NCBI GenBank assembly: GCA_963733895.1
Contig: CAVTEY010000009.1
Span: 497,369 to 561,368, forward strand
From: an uncultured Actinomycetota bacterium
Lineage (GTDB): Bacteria > Actinomycetota > Actinomycetes > Propionibacteriales > Nocardioidaceae
Direction of reading: 5' to 3'
Length of the DNA: 64,000 nucleotides
Below are positions 50,864 to 59,086 of this stretch, one piece after another. The notes under the pieces are model-generated. The model made no database searches. It was not told the DNA's origin and worked only from the letters and a program-made list of their open reading frames with translations. The number at the start of each line of letters is the position of its first letter. The stretch's first letter is position 1. The position numbers and the translations under genes were made by a program.

Positions 50864-51630
50864 CGAGCGGCCTCCAGGTCCCCAGCGATCGACTCGATCC
50901 ACCACAGCCCGGCGAACCCGAACCCGAGCCCGCCGGCCAGGCACGCGAGCCCGAGCGGCTGACCGAGGAGGAAGGAGACCGGGCTGCCGCCCGCGCCTGC
51001 GCCCATCACCAGGGCCAGCACCGGGAGTGCCGCCACCAGGCGCGCCGTCGCCCGCGCGGAGGCCAGCTCTCCCTCCACGACCCTCTGCATGGCCTGGGCA
51101 CTGCGCAGCGACTCCGCACAGCGCCGCAGCGACTCGCCCAGCCCGTGGCCGGTGCGGTGTGCCACCGTCCACGCGGCGGCGACCAGTCGGAAGTCACCCG
51201 CACCGGGGTCGGTGGCGAGGCCGCGCAGCACGTGTGGAACATCGCCGCCGAGATCGAACGCCTCGGCCGCCGGCCTCAGGACCGGCCACACTTCCGCTGC
51301 CCGCCGCAACGACTGACCGGGCGGCTGACCGCTGGCGAGCTCCGCCGCCAGCAGCTCGCAGGTCTCGAGCACCCGGGCTGCCACGACAGCCGCCTCCCGG
51401 CGCCGAGAGCGACGCCGCACCAGGGCGGACCCTGCGGCCACCACGCCGACGCAGATCACCAGGAGCGCCGAGAGGTGCGGCAGGGCGGCCCCGACCACAC
51501 CCACCGCCGTTGCGGCCAGCACCGACCCACCACGGAGCGCCGAACCCCGCGGGGTCCGATGCAGACGGGGCGCCGCAGGCAGCACCAGGAGCACGGTGAC
51601 GACGGCGGCCGCGACGGCGGTCAGGTGCAC
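50860..51630 (-). CDS. tadB: TadB (T2SSF family)
   Basis: LAAELASG, AAAWTVAHRTG, ELASARATARLVAALP. Confidence 0.9.
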   Translation of the reverse strand: MHLTAVAAAVVTVLLVLPAAPRLHRTPRGSALRGGSVLAATAVGVVGAALPHLSALLVICVGVVAAGSALVRRRSRRREAAVVAARVLETCELLAAELASGQPPGQSLRRAAEVWPVLRPAAEAFDLGGDVPHVLRGLATDPGAGDFRLVAAAWTVAHRTGHGLGESLRRCAESLRSAQAMQRVVEGELASARATARLVAALPVLALVMGAGAGGSPVSFLLGQPLGLACLAGGLGFGFAGLWWIESIAGDLEAAR

Positions 51631-52781
51631 TGGTCGAGCCGCTCGGCCAGCAGGTCGGCGCCCGGTCCGGGCCGAGCGACCCCGGCGACGAACTCCACCG
51701 CGGGGACCATGGCGACCAGACCGGCGGCGTCGCGCCTCGGAACCGCGACCTGGCTCAGGAACCGGGTGCCGTCCGGCGCCCGGGCGAGGTGCAGCACCAG
51801 GTCGACGGCCGACGCGAGCTGGCTGTGGGTCGCGTCGCGACCCAGGCCGGCCGCGAGCGAGAGCGCTTCGATCCTCGCCGGGACGTCGAGGGCCGAGTTG
51901 GCGTGGATGGTCCCGCAGCCACCGTCATGGCCGGTGTTGAGAGCCGCCAGCAGCTCCACCACTTCGCCGCCCCGGACCTCTCCGACGACCAGCCGGTCCG
52001 GCCGCATGCGCAGGGCCTGGCGGACCAGGTCGCGGACCCCGACGGCGCCGGTCCCCTCGATGTTGGCGGGCCGCCCCTCGAGGGCGACCACGTGCGGGTG
52101 CTCGGGTCGCAATTCGCTGGCGTCCTCCACCAGAACGAGCCGTTCGGTGGGATCCACCAGGGACAGGAGCGACGCGAGCAGGGTGGTCTTGCCCGAGCCG
52201 GTGCCGCCGGAGACGAGGAAGGCCAGGTGAGCGGACACGACGCGGCGGAGGAGTCGGGCACCCTCGTCGGTGACCGAGCCGGCCTGCACGAGCTCGGACA
52301 GGGTGAAACCGCGCGCCCGCGGCACCCGCAGCGATACCACGGTCCCGGGTCGTGCGATCGGAGCGAGCACTGCGTGGAAGCGAGTGCCGTCGGCGAGCCG
52401 GGTGTCGGCGTACGGCGTGGCGTCGTCGAGCCGTCGGCCGCCGAGCGCCGCGAGCCGGTGGGCTAGCCGCCGCACGGCCTCGTCGTCGACGAATCGGATC
52501 CCGGTCCGCTCCAGCCCGTCTCCCCGGTCGAGATAGACGTCGTCTGGACCATTGACCAACACATCGGTGACGCCCGGCGTCCGCAGCAAGGGCTCGAGAG
52601 GGCCGGCACCGAGGACATCCCGGCGCAGCGCGTCGTGCACGGCCAGGACGGTGGCGTCGCCGACGGGTCGCCCGGCTTCCCGCAGCGCCTCCGCCACCCG
52701 GTGCGGGGTCAGCGAGCCCGGGCGGTGCGCCAGCCGGTCGCGGACCGCGTCGACGACGTCCGCGGCCGGGTCCTCCGTCAT
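51621..52781 (-). CDS. tadA: TadA/CpaF pilus assembly ATPase
   Basis: GGTGSGKTT, VEDASEL, ALRMRPDRLVVGEVRG, NTGHDG. Confidence 0.97.
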   Translation of the reverse strand: MTEDPAADVVDAVRDRLAHRPGSLTPHRVAEALREAGRPVGDATVLAVHDALRRDVLGAGPLEPLLRTPGVTDVLVNGPDDVYLDRGDGLERTGIRFVDDEAVRRLAHRLAALGGRRLDDATPYADTRLADGTRFHAVLAPIARPGTVVSLRVPRARGFTLSELVQAGSVTDEGARLLRRVVSAHLAFLVSGGTGSGKTTLLASLLSLVDPTERLVLVEDASELRPEHPHVVALEGRPANIEGTGAVGVRDLVRQALRMRPDRLVVGEVRGGEVVELLAALNTGHDGGCGTIHANSALDVPARIEALSLAAGLGRDATHSQLASAVDLVLHLARAPDGTRFLSQVAVPRRDAAGLVAMVPAVEFVAGVARPGPGADLLAERLDQCT

Positions 52782-53815
52782 GCCGCTGCCCCGAGCTGCG
52801 CGAGCACGTGCAGCCCGGTGCGGCCGAGGGGCCCGCGCCGCGAGCGGACCGGGCCGAGGCCGAGGTCGATCGCCTCTGCCAGCCCGCGCTGATGGGGCAA
52901 CTGGGCCACCACGGGCACTCCGACGATCCGCGCGACATCGCCCGGATCCGCGCCGGACCCGCGGACCACCAGGCCGAGCCGCCGGGGGTCGGGAAACCCC
53001 GCACACAGGCGCGTGGCCGAGGCGACGCCGGCCACGGTCGGTGAGGTCACCACCAGCAACCGGTCGCATCTCGCCACCACCTCCTCCAGCAGGGGGTCGA
53101 GAACGCGAGGCAGGTCGAGCACGACCACGTCGTGCCCGCGCTGGGCGGCAGACATCGCCTCACGCACGGCGAACGCCTGGAGGGTCGCGTGCGGGCCGGC
53201 ATTCCAGGTGAGGACCGCCAACCTGGAGCTCCGTGGCAGCGCCTCGCGCAGGGCACGGGCACTCAGCCGGCCGGTCGTCTGGCACAGCTCGTCCCAGCGC
53301 ACCCCCTCGCAACTCTCGAGTCCCAGCACCCTGTCGATGCCGGGGCCGAGCGGATCGAGATCGACGACGACCGACGGGCCGGAGCGCGCGGCCATCTGGC
53401 CGAGCGCGCACGCGAAGGTGGTCGCGCCGACGCCACCGGATCCGCCCATGACGCCGATGGTCAAGCCACGGCCGCGACTGTCGTCGCCGAGGTCCGTCAA
53501 CGCCTCCACCACCCAGTCCTCCGAACCGGGCAGCTCGGCGACATTCTCGGCGCCGACCGCCAGTGCGGTGCGGTACACGTCGTGCTGGGACGGCCCCCAC
53601 GCCACCACGTGCACCCCGTCTCGGCGAGGCGGCGAGGTCTTGGCCACCTCTGGCGCCAGGTCGGTGCCCACCAGGACGAACGGTGCCGCGGACCAGGCGC
53701 GCAGGGCGGCCGTCCCGTCATGCGCCACCTCCGGGGTGACTCCGGCCGCAGCGGCCAGGCGCAGCAGCTCGTCGAGGAGCGCGTCGTCTCGGGTGACGAA
53801 GAGAGGCAAGGTCAT
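52778..53815 (-). CDS. ssd: Septum site determining protein Ssd (CpaE/TadZ-like)
   Basis: RLAAAAG, GGSGGVGATT, VDLDP, GVRW; Rv3660c-type synteny. Confidence 0.9.
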   Translation of the reverse strand: MTLPLFVTRDDALLDELLRLAAAAGVTPEVAHDGTAALRAWSAAPFVLVGTDLAPEVAKTSPPRRDGVHVVAWGPSQHDVYRTALAVGAENVAELPGSEDWVVEALTDLGDDSRGRGLTIGVMGGSGGVGATTFACALGQMAARSGPSVVVDLDPLGPGIDRVLGLESCEGVRWDELCQTTGRLSARALREALPRSSRLAVLTWNAGPHATLQAFAVREAMSAAQRGHDVVVLDLPRVLDPLLEEVVARCDRLLVVTSPTVAGVASATRLCAGFPDPRRLGLVVRGSGADPGDVARIVGVPVVAQLPHQRGLAEAIDLGLGPVRSRRGPLGRTGLHVLAQLGAAA

Positions 53816-53866
53816 GTCGGGATCGTGTCCCGCCCACCAGGAGCGGTGTCCGGCGTCGGCTCCGTG

Positions 53867-53905
53867 CTGTGGACAACTCCCCGGGAGTCCCGTCTGTGCA
53901 CGGTT
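53867..53905 (-). promoter_or_regulatory. Bipartite motif upstream of ssd containing a DnaA-box-like 9-mer
   Basis: Plus-strand CTGTGGACAAC-N18-GTGCACGGTT; TGTGGACAA is the reverse complement of TTGTCCACA. Confidence 0.6.
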
Positions 53906-53956
53906 GGCGGGCCGAGGCTGACCGATCGGCGCCTGTCCGCCTCCTACGATGGCGCC

Positions 53957-54757
53957 ATGGCGCACCGCCCGACCGCGGCCTTCTTCGACCTCGACAAGAC
54001 GATCATCGCCAAGTCGAGCACCCTGGCGTTCAGCAAGTCGTTCCAGGCGGGCGGGCTGATCTCGCGGCGGGCGATGCTGCGTTCGGCGTACGCCCAGTTC
54101 GTCTACCTCGTGGGCGGCGCCGACCACGACCAGATGGAGAAGATGCGGCAGTTCATGTCGCAGCTCTGCGCGGGCTGGGACGTCGCGACGGTCCGCGAGA
54201 TCGTCGCCGATACCCTGCACAACATCGTCGACCCGCTCGTGTACGACGAAGCCGTCTCCCTCATCGAGGAGCACCGGCTCGCCGGGCGCGACATCGTGAT
54301 CGTGTCGACGTCCGGCGCCGAGGTCGTCGGTCCGATCGGCGAGATGCTCGGCGCCGACCGCGTCATCGCGACCCGGATGGAGATCGAGGACGGCAAGTAC
54401 ACCGGCGGCATCCAGTACTACGCGTACGCCGAGGAGAAGGCCCGGGCGATCGAGGATCTGTCCAGGACCGCGGGCTACGACCTCGAGCACAGTTATGCGT
54501 ACAGCGACTCCGTCACCGACGTGCACATGCTCGAGGTGGTCGGCCACCCCCACGCGGTGAACCCGGACCGCGAGCTCCGCAGGATCGCAGCGTCCCGCGG
54601 GTGGCCGGTGCTGGTCTTCACGAAGCCGGTGACTCTTCGTTCGCGGGTCCCCCTACCGCCGGCCAAACCGGCCCTCGCGGTCCTCGCCGTCGGCGGTGTG
54701 GTCGCCGTCGGCGGCGTGTTGTGGGCCAACGCCCGCAAGCGCAGGCTTGGCGCGTGA
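53957..54757 (+). CDS. HAD-IB family hydrolase (Rv3661-like)
   Basis: AAFFDLDKTII, AYSDSVTD, AVNPD, C-terminal TM; TACGAT-N6-ATG. Confidence 0.95.
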   Translation: MAHRPTAAFFDLDKTIIAKSSTLAFSKSFQAGGLISRRAMLRSAYAQFVYLVGGADHDQMEKMRQFMSQLCAGWDVATVREIVADTLHNIVDPLVYDEAVSLIEEHRLAGRDIVIVSTSGAEVVGPIGEMLGADRVIATRMEIEDGKYTGGIQYYAYAEEKARAIEDLSRTAGYDLEHSYAYSDSVTDVHMLEVVGHPHAVNPDRELRRIAASRGWPVLVFTKPVTLRSRVPLPPAKPALAVLAVGGVVAVGGVLWANARKRRLGA

Positions 54758-54777
54758 GGGGTGCGAAATGTCAAGCC

Positions 54778-54806
54778 TTGAAGTCGCCCGGGATGCGGCG
54801 TACAAC
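54778..54806 (+). promoter_or_regulatory. Housekeeping-sigma promoter of the Ms1-like RNA
   Basis: TTGAAG-N17-TACAAC. Confidence 0.7.
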
Positions 54807-54812
54807 GGAGAG

Positions 54813-54985
54813 CACAACTACAGACCCGCACGTGAATCGGGTACCCACGCGGCGATCCACCCTTCCTACAGGGCGCCTGTCAGACGGGAAACTCCCGGGG
54901 CAGCAACTAAAAGATGCACGCCTGGTAGCCCGCGATTCGCGTGTCAGCGGCGGCATCCGACTCACCTCGATTCGGGTGCCGCTCG
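54813..54985 (+). ncRNA. Ms1-like (MTS2823/scr3559-type) RNA-polymerase-binding sRNA
   Basis: Between Rv3661-like HAD and Rv3662c-like genes (Ms1 synteny); own promoter; ends in hairpin GCGGCATCCGA/TCGGGTGCCGC (54950-54982); no credible ORF. Confidence 0.72.
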
Positions 54986-55086
54986 CATGCAGCGCAGCTG
55001 CATGAGGAGCGCACCCGTTGGAAGTTGCGGAGGAGCGAGCAGGCGCGGGTCGATCACAGCGGCCTGAACCGCAACCGGCGAACCCG

Positions 55087-55806
55087 TCACCGCATCACCG
55101 GACTGGCCTCGGCCCCCGCGCCGTACGCCTCGGCGGCGTACAACAACCACGCGTGTACGCCGGCCGGCCCGCCGTCGCGGTAGCCCGCCAGGTTCGACTC
55201 ATAGGCGGCGCGAAGCGCGAGATGACCGGCCTCCGGCACAACCAGGGACTTCTCGTCGACGCCCCGGGACACCAGCATCAGCCGCTCGGCGGCCCGGGCG
55301 ACGATCCCGTTGTGCGAGGCGAAGGAGCCCGCGACCGCCAGGTCGGCGTGCACGACCGCGGCCACGACGAGGGCGGGCACCGTGGACCGCGCGGTGATCA
55401 CCTCGGCCACACCACGCAGTCGCTCTGCCGCGGCCGGGTCCCTGGGCCGCCCCAGGTTCGCGTCGGGCACCTCACCGGCGCCGGCCAGCGCATGCAGGCG
55501 GGCGAACACCTGACCGGGTGACCGACCGAGGACGGGTGTGAGTGAGAGGAGGTCGGTCGAGACCCGCACCGCGGCCTGTGCGATCGGGTCCCCGGCGCCG
55601 GACCTCACTTCGTCCAGCGACGAGCCGGACCCCTCGAGCACCGCACTGGCGTGCGCACCCCGGAGCAACGACTCGGCCGTGTCCTCCGGCGACGTGCGCC
55701 TCAGGCCCCGATCGCGGAGCACCGCGTCGATCCCGTCCCGGGCCGCTGCAAAGGCGGACGGCACGCCCTCGAGGCTCATCAGCCGGGCCAACGGGTCAGC
55801 AGTCAT
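55087..55806 (-). CDS. Rv3662c-like Fic/DOC-fold protein (degenerate motif)
   Basis: LRGAHASAVLEG, QVFARLH, HADLAVAGSFASHNGIVARAA. Confidence 0.82.
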   Translation of the reverse strand: MTADPLARLMSLEGVPSAFAAARDGIDAVLRDRGLRRTSPEDTAESLLRGAHASAVLEGSGSSLDEVRSGAGDPIAQAAVRVSTDLLSLTPVLGRSPGQVFARLHALAGAGEVPDANLGRPRDPAAAERLRGVAEVITARSTVPALVVAAVVHADLAVAGSFASHNGIVARAAERLMLVSRGVDEKSLVVPEAGHLALRAAYESNLAGYRDGGPAGVHAWLLYAAEAYGAGAEASPVMR

Positions 55807-55905
55807 GGCGGAAGGCTACGAGCGGGTGGTACGGCACGAGAAACATGGTCCAGCGCGCCCCTGGTGTGCCATTCGTGACGTACTACCCGGGATAGCCTGC
55901 AGGCA

Positions 55906-56802
55906 ATGGATGACGACGTACGGCGGTTCGCCCGTTCCTTCGGCTCGGTGGCCCACGCCTACGACCGGGGGCGACCGTCGTTCCCGCGGAAGGCCGCGGC
56001 CTGGCTGACGGGCGAGGAGCCCGTGACAGTGCTGGAGCTGGGCGCCGGCACCGGCAAGCTCACCGAGCAGCTGGTCGCCCTGGGCCACGACGTGCACGCC
56101 ACCGACCCCGATCAACACATGCTCGACATCCTGACCCGCAACCTCCCCGACACCCGGGCCAGCCTGGCGTCCGCGGAGGAGCTGCCGGTGGCCGACGGAT
56201 CCGTCGACGTGGTGGTCGCCGCCCAGTCCTTCCACTGGTTCGACCACGACCGGGCGCTGCCCGAGATCGCCAGGGTGCTGAAGCCGGGGGGCCGGCTGGC
56301 CGTGGTGTGGAACCTCCGCGATCCCAAGATCCCGTGGGTCCGCCGCCTCGGCGACATCATCGGCAGCGTCGAGGAGGTCGACCCGGAGCCGTTGGTGCTG
56401 TCCGGGCTGTTCGGGTTCGTCGAGGAGGAGACGTTCTCCTTCTGGCAGGACATCAACCGGGACACCATCCAGGACCTGGTGCTGTCGCGCTCCAACGTGG
56501 CCACCCTCGACGAGGACGCGCAGGCCGCCAAGCTGGACGAGGTGCTTGCCTTCTACGACGACTACGGCCGCGGCATGGACGGCATGCAGCTGCACTACAA
56601 CAGCAGGTGCTTCCGCGCGGTGGTGAGCGAGCCGGCGAACCCGGATGCAGCGGACCGACCGGACGCCGGGCCGAACGCCGGGCCGAACGCCGGGCCGAAC
56701 GCTGGGCCGAACGCTGGGCCGAACGACGGTGGCGATGGGCCGCCCGACCCCGGCCCCAGCGACGGCACCGACACCGGCATGCTCCTGATCGACTTCAAGT
56801 AG
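55906..56802 (+). CDS. Class I SAM-dependent methyltransferase
   Basis: YDRGRPS, LELGAGTGKLT, AQSFHWFD, RVLKPGG. Confidence 0.93.
   Translation: MDDDVRRFARSFGSVAHAYDRGRPSFPRKAAAWLTGEEPVTVLELGAGTGKLTEQLVALGHDVHATDPDQHMLDILTRNLPDTRASLASAEELPVADGSVDVVVAAQSFHWFDHDRALPEIARVLKPGGRLAVVWNLRDPKIPWVRRLGDIIGSVEEVDPEPLVLSGLFGFVEEETFSFWQDINRDTIQDLVLSRSNVATLDEDAQAAKLDEVLAFYDDYGRGMDGMQLHYNSRCFRAVVSEPANPDAADRPDAGPNAGPNAGPNAGPNAGPNDGGDGPPDPGPSDGTDTGMLLIDFK
56665..56724 (+). repeat. In-frame 12-bp tandem repeat x5 (Ala-Gly-Pro-Asn)
   Basis: GCCGGGCCGAAC x3 then GCTGGGCCGAAC x2. Confidence 0.95.
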
Positions 56803-56858
56803 CGGCCGGCCCGCCCAGCCCTCGACAACCGCCACCGGCGTGGTTAGGTTCCGGCACC

Positions 56859-57983
56859 ATGAGGCGGTTCCGGCGTGGCCACCTGGGAACCGAGTCGGAT
56901 CGAGCCACGTTCCGCACCCTGCACACCGCCAGCCTGGCGTCGCCCGCGTTGCGCGAGGGCCTCACCGCCAGCAGTGCCGAGCGCAGCATCAGACATCTCC
57001 GCACCCTGCTCGGCACTCCGGCCGCGGCACTCACCGACACCTCGTCGCTGCTCGCCTGGGACGGCATCGGCAATCATCACGCCGACCACGCGCGGCAGAT
57101 CGCGGAGAACGCCGTGGCGCACGGCACCACCCGGGTCACCGATCCCCGGGACCTGCCGTGCGACACCCAGAACTGCCCGGTCCGGCACGCGATCGCGAGC
57201 CCTCTGGTCGTCGAGGAGCGCGTCGTGGGCACCCTGCAGGTGTTCGCGCCGTACGCCACGGCGGGGCTGGTCATCGCGGCGGACGAGGTCGCGCAGTGGG
57301 TGTCCGGTCAGCTGGAGCTCGCCCAGCTCGACGCCTCCCGCACCCAGCTGATGGAGGCCGAGGTCCGGGCACTGCGCGCCCAGATCAGCCCCCACTTCAT
57401 CTACAACTCCCTCGGCGCCATCGCCAGCTTCGTGCGCACCGACCCGGACCGCGCCCGCGAGCTGTTGACTGAGTTCGCCGACTTCACCCGCTACTCCTTC
57501 CGCCGGCACGGGGAGTACACGACCCTGTCGGAGGAGCTGCGATCCGTCGAGCGCTACCTGCTCCTGGAGCAGGCGAGATTCGGGGACCGACTCCGGGTGA
57601 CCCTGCGGATCGCGCCGGAGGTACTACCGGTTGCCGTCCCGTTCCTCAGCATCCAGCCGCTGGTCGAGAACGCCGTCCGGCACGGGCTCGAGGGCACGCC
57701 CGGCAAGCAGAACGGCACCGGCCACATCCAGATCGTCGCCCGAGACCTGGACCAGGAGTGCGTCATCGAGGTGGAGGACGACGGCGCCGGGGAGGACCCG
57801 GAGAAGGTACGCCGGGCACTCGCCGGAGACTCCGACGTGGACTCGGTCGGGCTCGGCAACGTCGACGGACGGCTCCGCAACACCTTCGGCGACGACTACG
57901 GGCTCGTGGTCGAGACCGCGCCCGGTGCCGGCACCAAGGTGATCGTGCGGGTGCCCAAGTTCGCTCCGGGGGTGCACGCATGA
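56859..57983 (+). CDS. LytS/YehU-type histidine kinase without a transmembrane sensor
   Basis: GAF-like region with CxxxxC, LRAQISPHFIYNSL H-box, QPLVENAVRHG, VEDDG, GLGNV; no hydrophobic helix. Confidence 0.93.
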   Translation: MRRFRRGHLGTESDRATFRTLHTASLASPALREGLTASSAERSIRHLRTLLGTPAAALTDTSSLLAWDGIGNHHADHARQIAENAVAHGTTRVTDPRDLPCDTQNCPVRHAIASPLVVEERVVGTLQVFAPYATAGLVIAADEVAQWVSGQLELAQLDASRTQLMEAEVRALRAQISPHFIYNSLGAIASFVRTDPDRARELLTEFADFTRYSFRRHGEYTTLSEELRSVERYLLLEQARFGDRLRVTLRIAPEVLPVAVPFLSIQPLVENAVRHGLEGTPGKQNGTGHIQIVARDLDQECVIEVEDDGAGEDPEKVRRALAGDSDVDSVGLGNVDGRLRNTFGDDYGLVVETAPGAGTKVIVRVPKFAPGVHA

Positions 57984-58711
57984 ACACCCCACCGTTGCGG
58001 GTCCTGGTGATCGACGACGAGCGGCCGGCGCTCGACGAGCTCGCCTTCCTGCTGCGCCGGCACGACCGGATCGGTGAGGTGCTCACCACCGCCTCCGCCA
58101 CCGAGGCGCTCCGCCTCCTCCAGGACCTCGACGTCGACGCGGTCTTCCTGGACATCCAGATGCCCGGCCTCTCCGGGCTCGACCTGGCGCAGGTGCTCCG
58201 CCGGTTCCGGACCCCACCCCCGGTGGTGTTCGTGACCGCGCACGAGGAGCACGCCGTCGACGCCTTCGAGCTCCGCGCCGTCGACTACGTCCTCAAGCCG
58301 GTGCGCGAGGACCGTCTCGCCGAAGCAGTACGCCGCGTGGTCGAGGGGGCAGGAAGGGTGGCCGAGCCCGGCGACGAGCAGATCCCGGTCGAACGCGGCG
58401 GCGTGACCCGATTCGTGAATCGCTCGGACATCACCTACGTCGAGGCGCACGGCGACTACGCCCGGCTGCACACCGCCACCGACGCGCACCTGCTGCGGAG
58501 TCCCCTGTCGGCCCTCGAGGAGGAGTGGGGCCCTGCGGGCTTCGTCCGGATCCACCGCTCGCTCCTGGTCTCGCTCGCCCACATCGACGAGGTGCGGATG
58601 GAGGCGGGCCGCTGCACGGTGTCCGTCGCCGGCCACGACCTCGTCGTGAGCCGCCGGCACACGCCCCAGCTGCGCGAGCTGCTGACCGGGCGCGACAAGG
58701 GCCAGCCGTGA
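57980..58711 (+). CDS. LytTR response regulator
   Basis: VIDDE, FLDIQMPG, FVTAH, DYVLKP, FVRIHRS, VSRR. Confidence 0.95.
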   Translation: MNTPPLRVLVIDDERPALDELAFLLRRHDRIGEVLTTASATEALRLLQDLDVDAVFLDIQMPGLSGLDLAQVLRRFRTPPPVVFVTAHEEHAVDAFELRAVDYVLKPVREDRLAEAVRRVVEGAGRVAEPGDEQIPVERGGVTRFVNRSDITYVEAHGDYARLHTATDAHLLRSPLSALEEEWGPAGFVRIHRSLLVSLAHIDEVRMEAGRCTVSVAGHDLVVSRRHTPQLRELLTGRDKGQP

Positions 58712-59079
58712 ACCAGACGCCGCCGGAGCGGGTCCGGGTCACCGGACCACCCCGACGCCGACCCGCCGGGACCCGGACCCGCGAGATCGACGCCGGCACC
58801 CGGATAGGGGCGATCTACATGCGCTCGCTCATGGGAGAGCAGCTCCGCCTGGCCCTGCGCATCCTCGGCACCCTCATGCTCGTCGTGGGCACCCTCCCGC
58901 TCCTCTTCCACTTCGTGCCCGGGCTCACCGGCATCCGCGTTCTCGGCATCCCCCTTCCCTGGGTGCTGCTCGGCTTTGCCGTGTACCCATTCCTGCTGGC
59001 GCTCGGCTGGTGGTACGTCCGCAGCGCCGAGGCCAACGAGCGCGACTTCACCGATCTCGTCGAAGAGGTCGAGCGGTGA
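58708..59079 (+). CDS. Small 2-TM protein (DUF485/DUF4212-like symporter partner)
   Basis: GTGA overlap; YMRSLMGEQLRLA, GIPLPWVLLGFAVYP, YVRSAEANERDF. Confidence 0.8.
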   Translation: MNQTPPERVRVTGPPRRRPAGTRTREIDAGTRIGAIYMRSLMGEQLRLALRILGTLMLVVGTLPLLFHFVPGLTGIRVLGIPLPWVLLGFAVYPFLLALGWWYVRSAEANERDFTDLVEEVER

Positions 59080-59086
59080 CGGCAGC

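Noticed and set aside
49118-53815. Conjugative element or T4SS
   Set aside because: Gene set and order match the chromosomal ssd-tad locus; no relaxase, VirB4 or integrase
53868-53876. Replication origin
   Set aside because: One perfect DnaA box only, no AT-rich unwinding element, no dnaA/dnaN
55087-55806. Active Fic toxin or toxin-antitoxin pair
   Set aside because: HPFxxGNGR motif is degenerate (GSFASHNGI) and no antitoxin is adjacent
56665-56724. CRISPR-like array
   Set aside because: 12-bp contiguous in-frame repeat, no spacers, no cas genes
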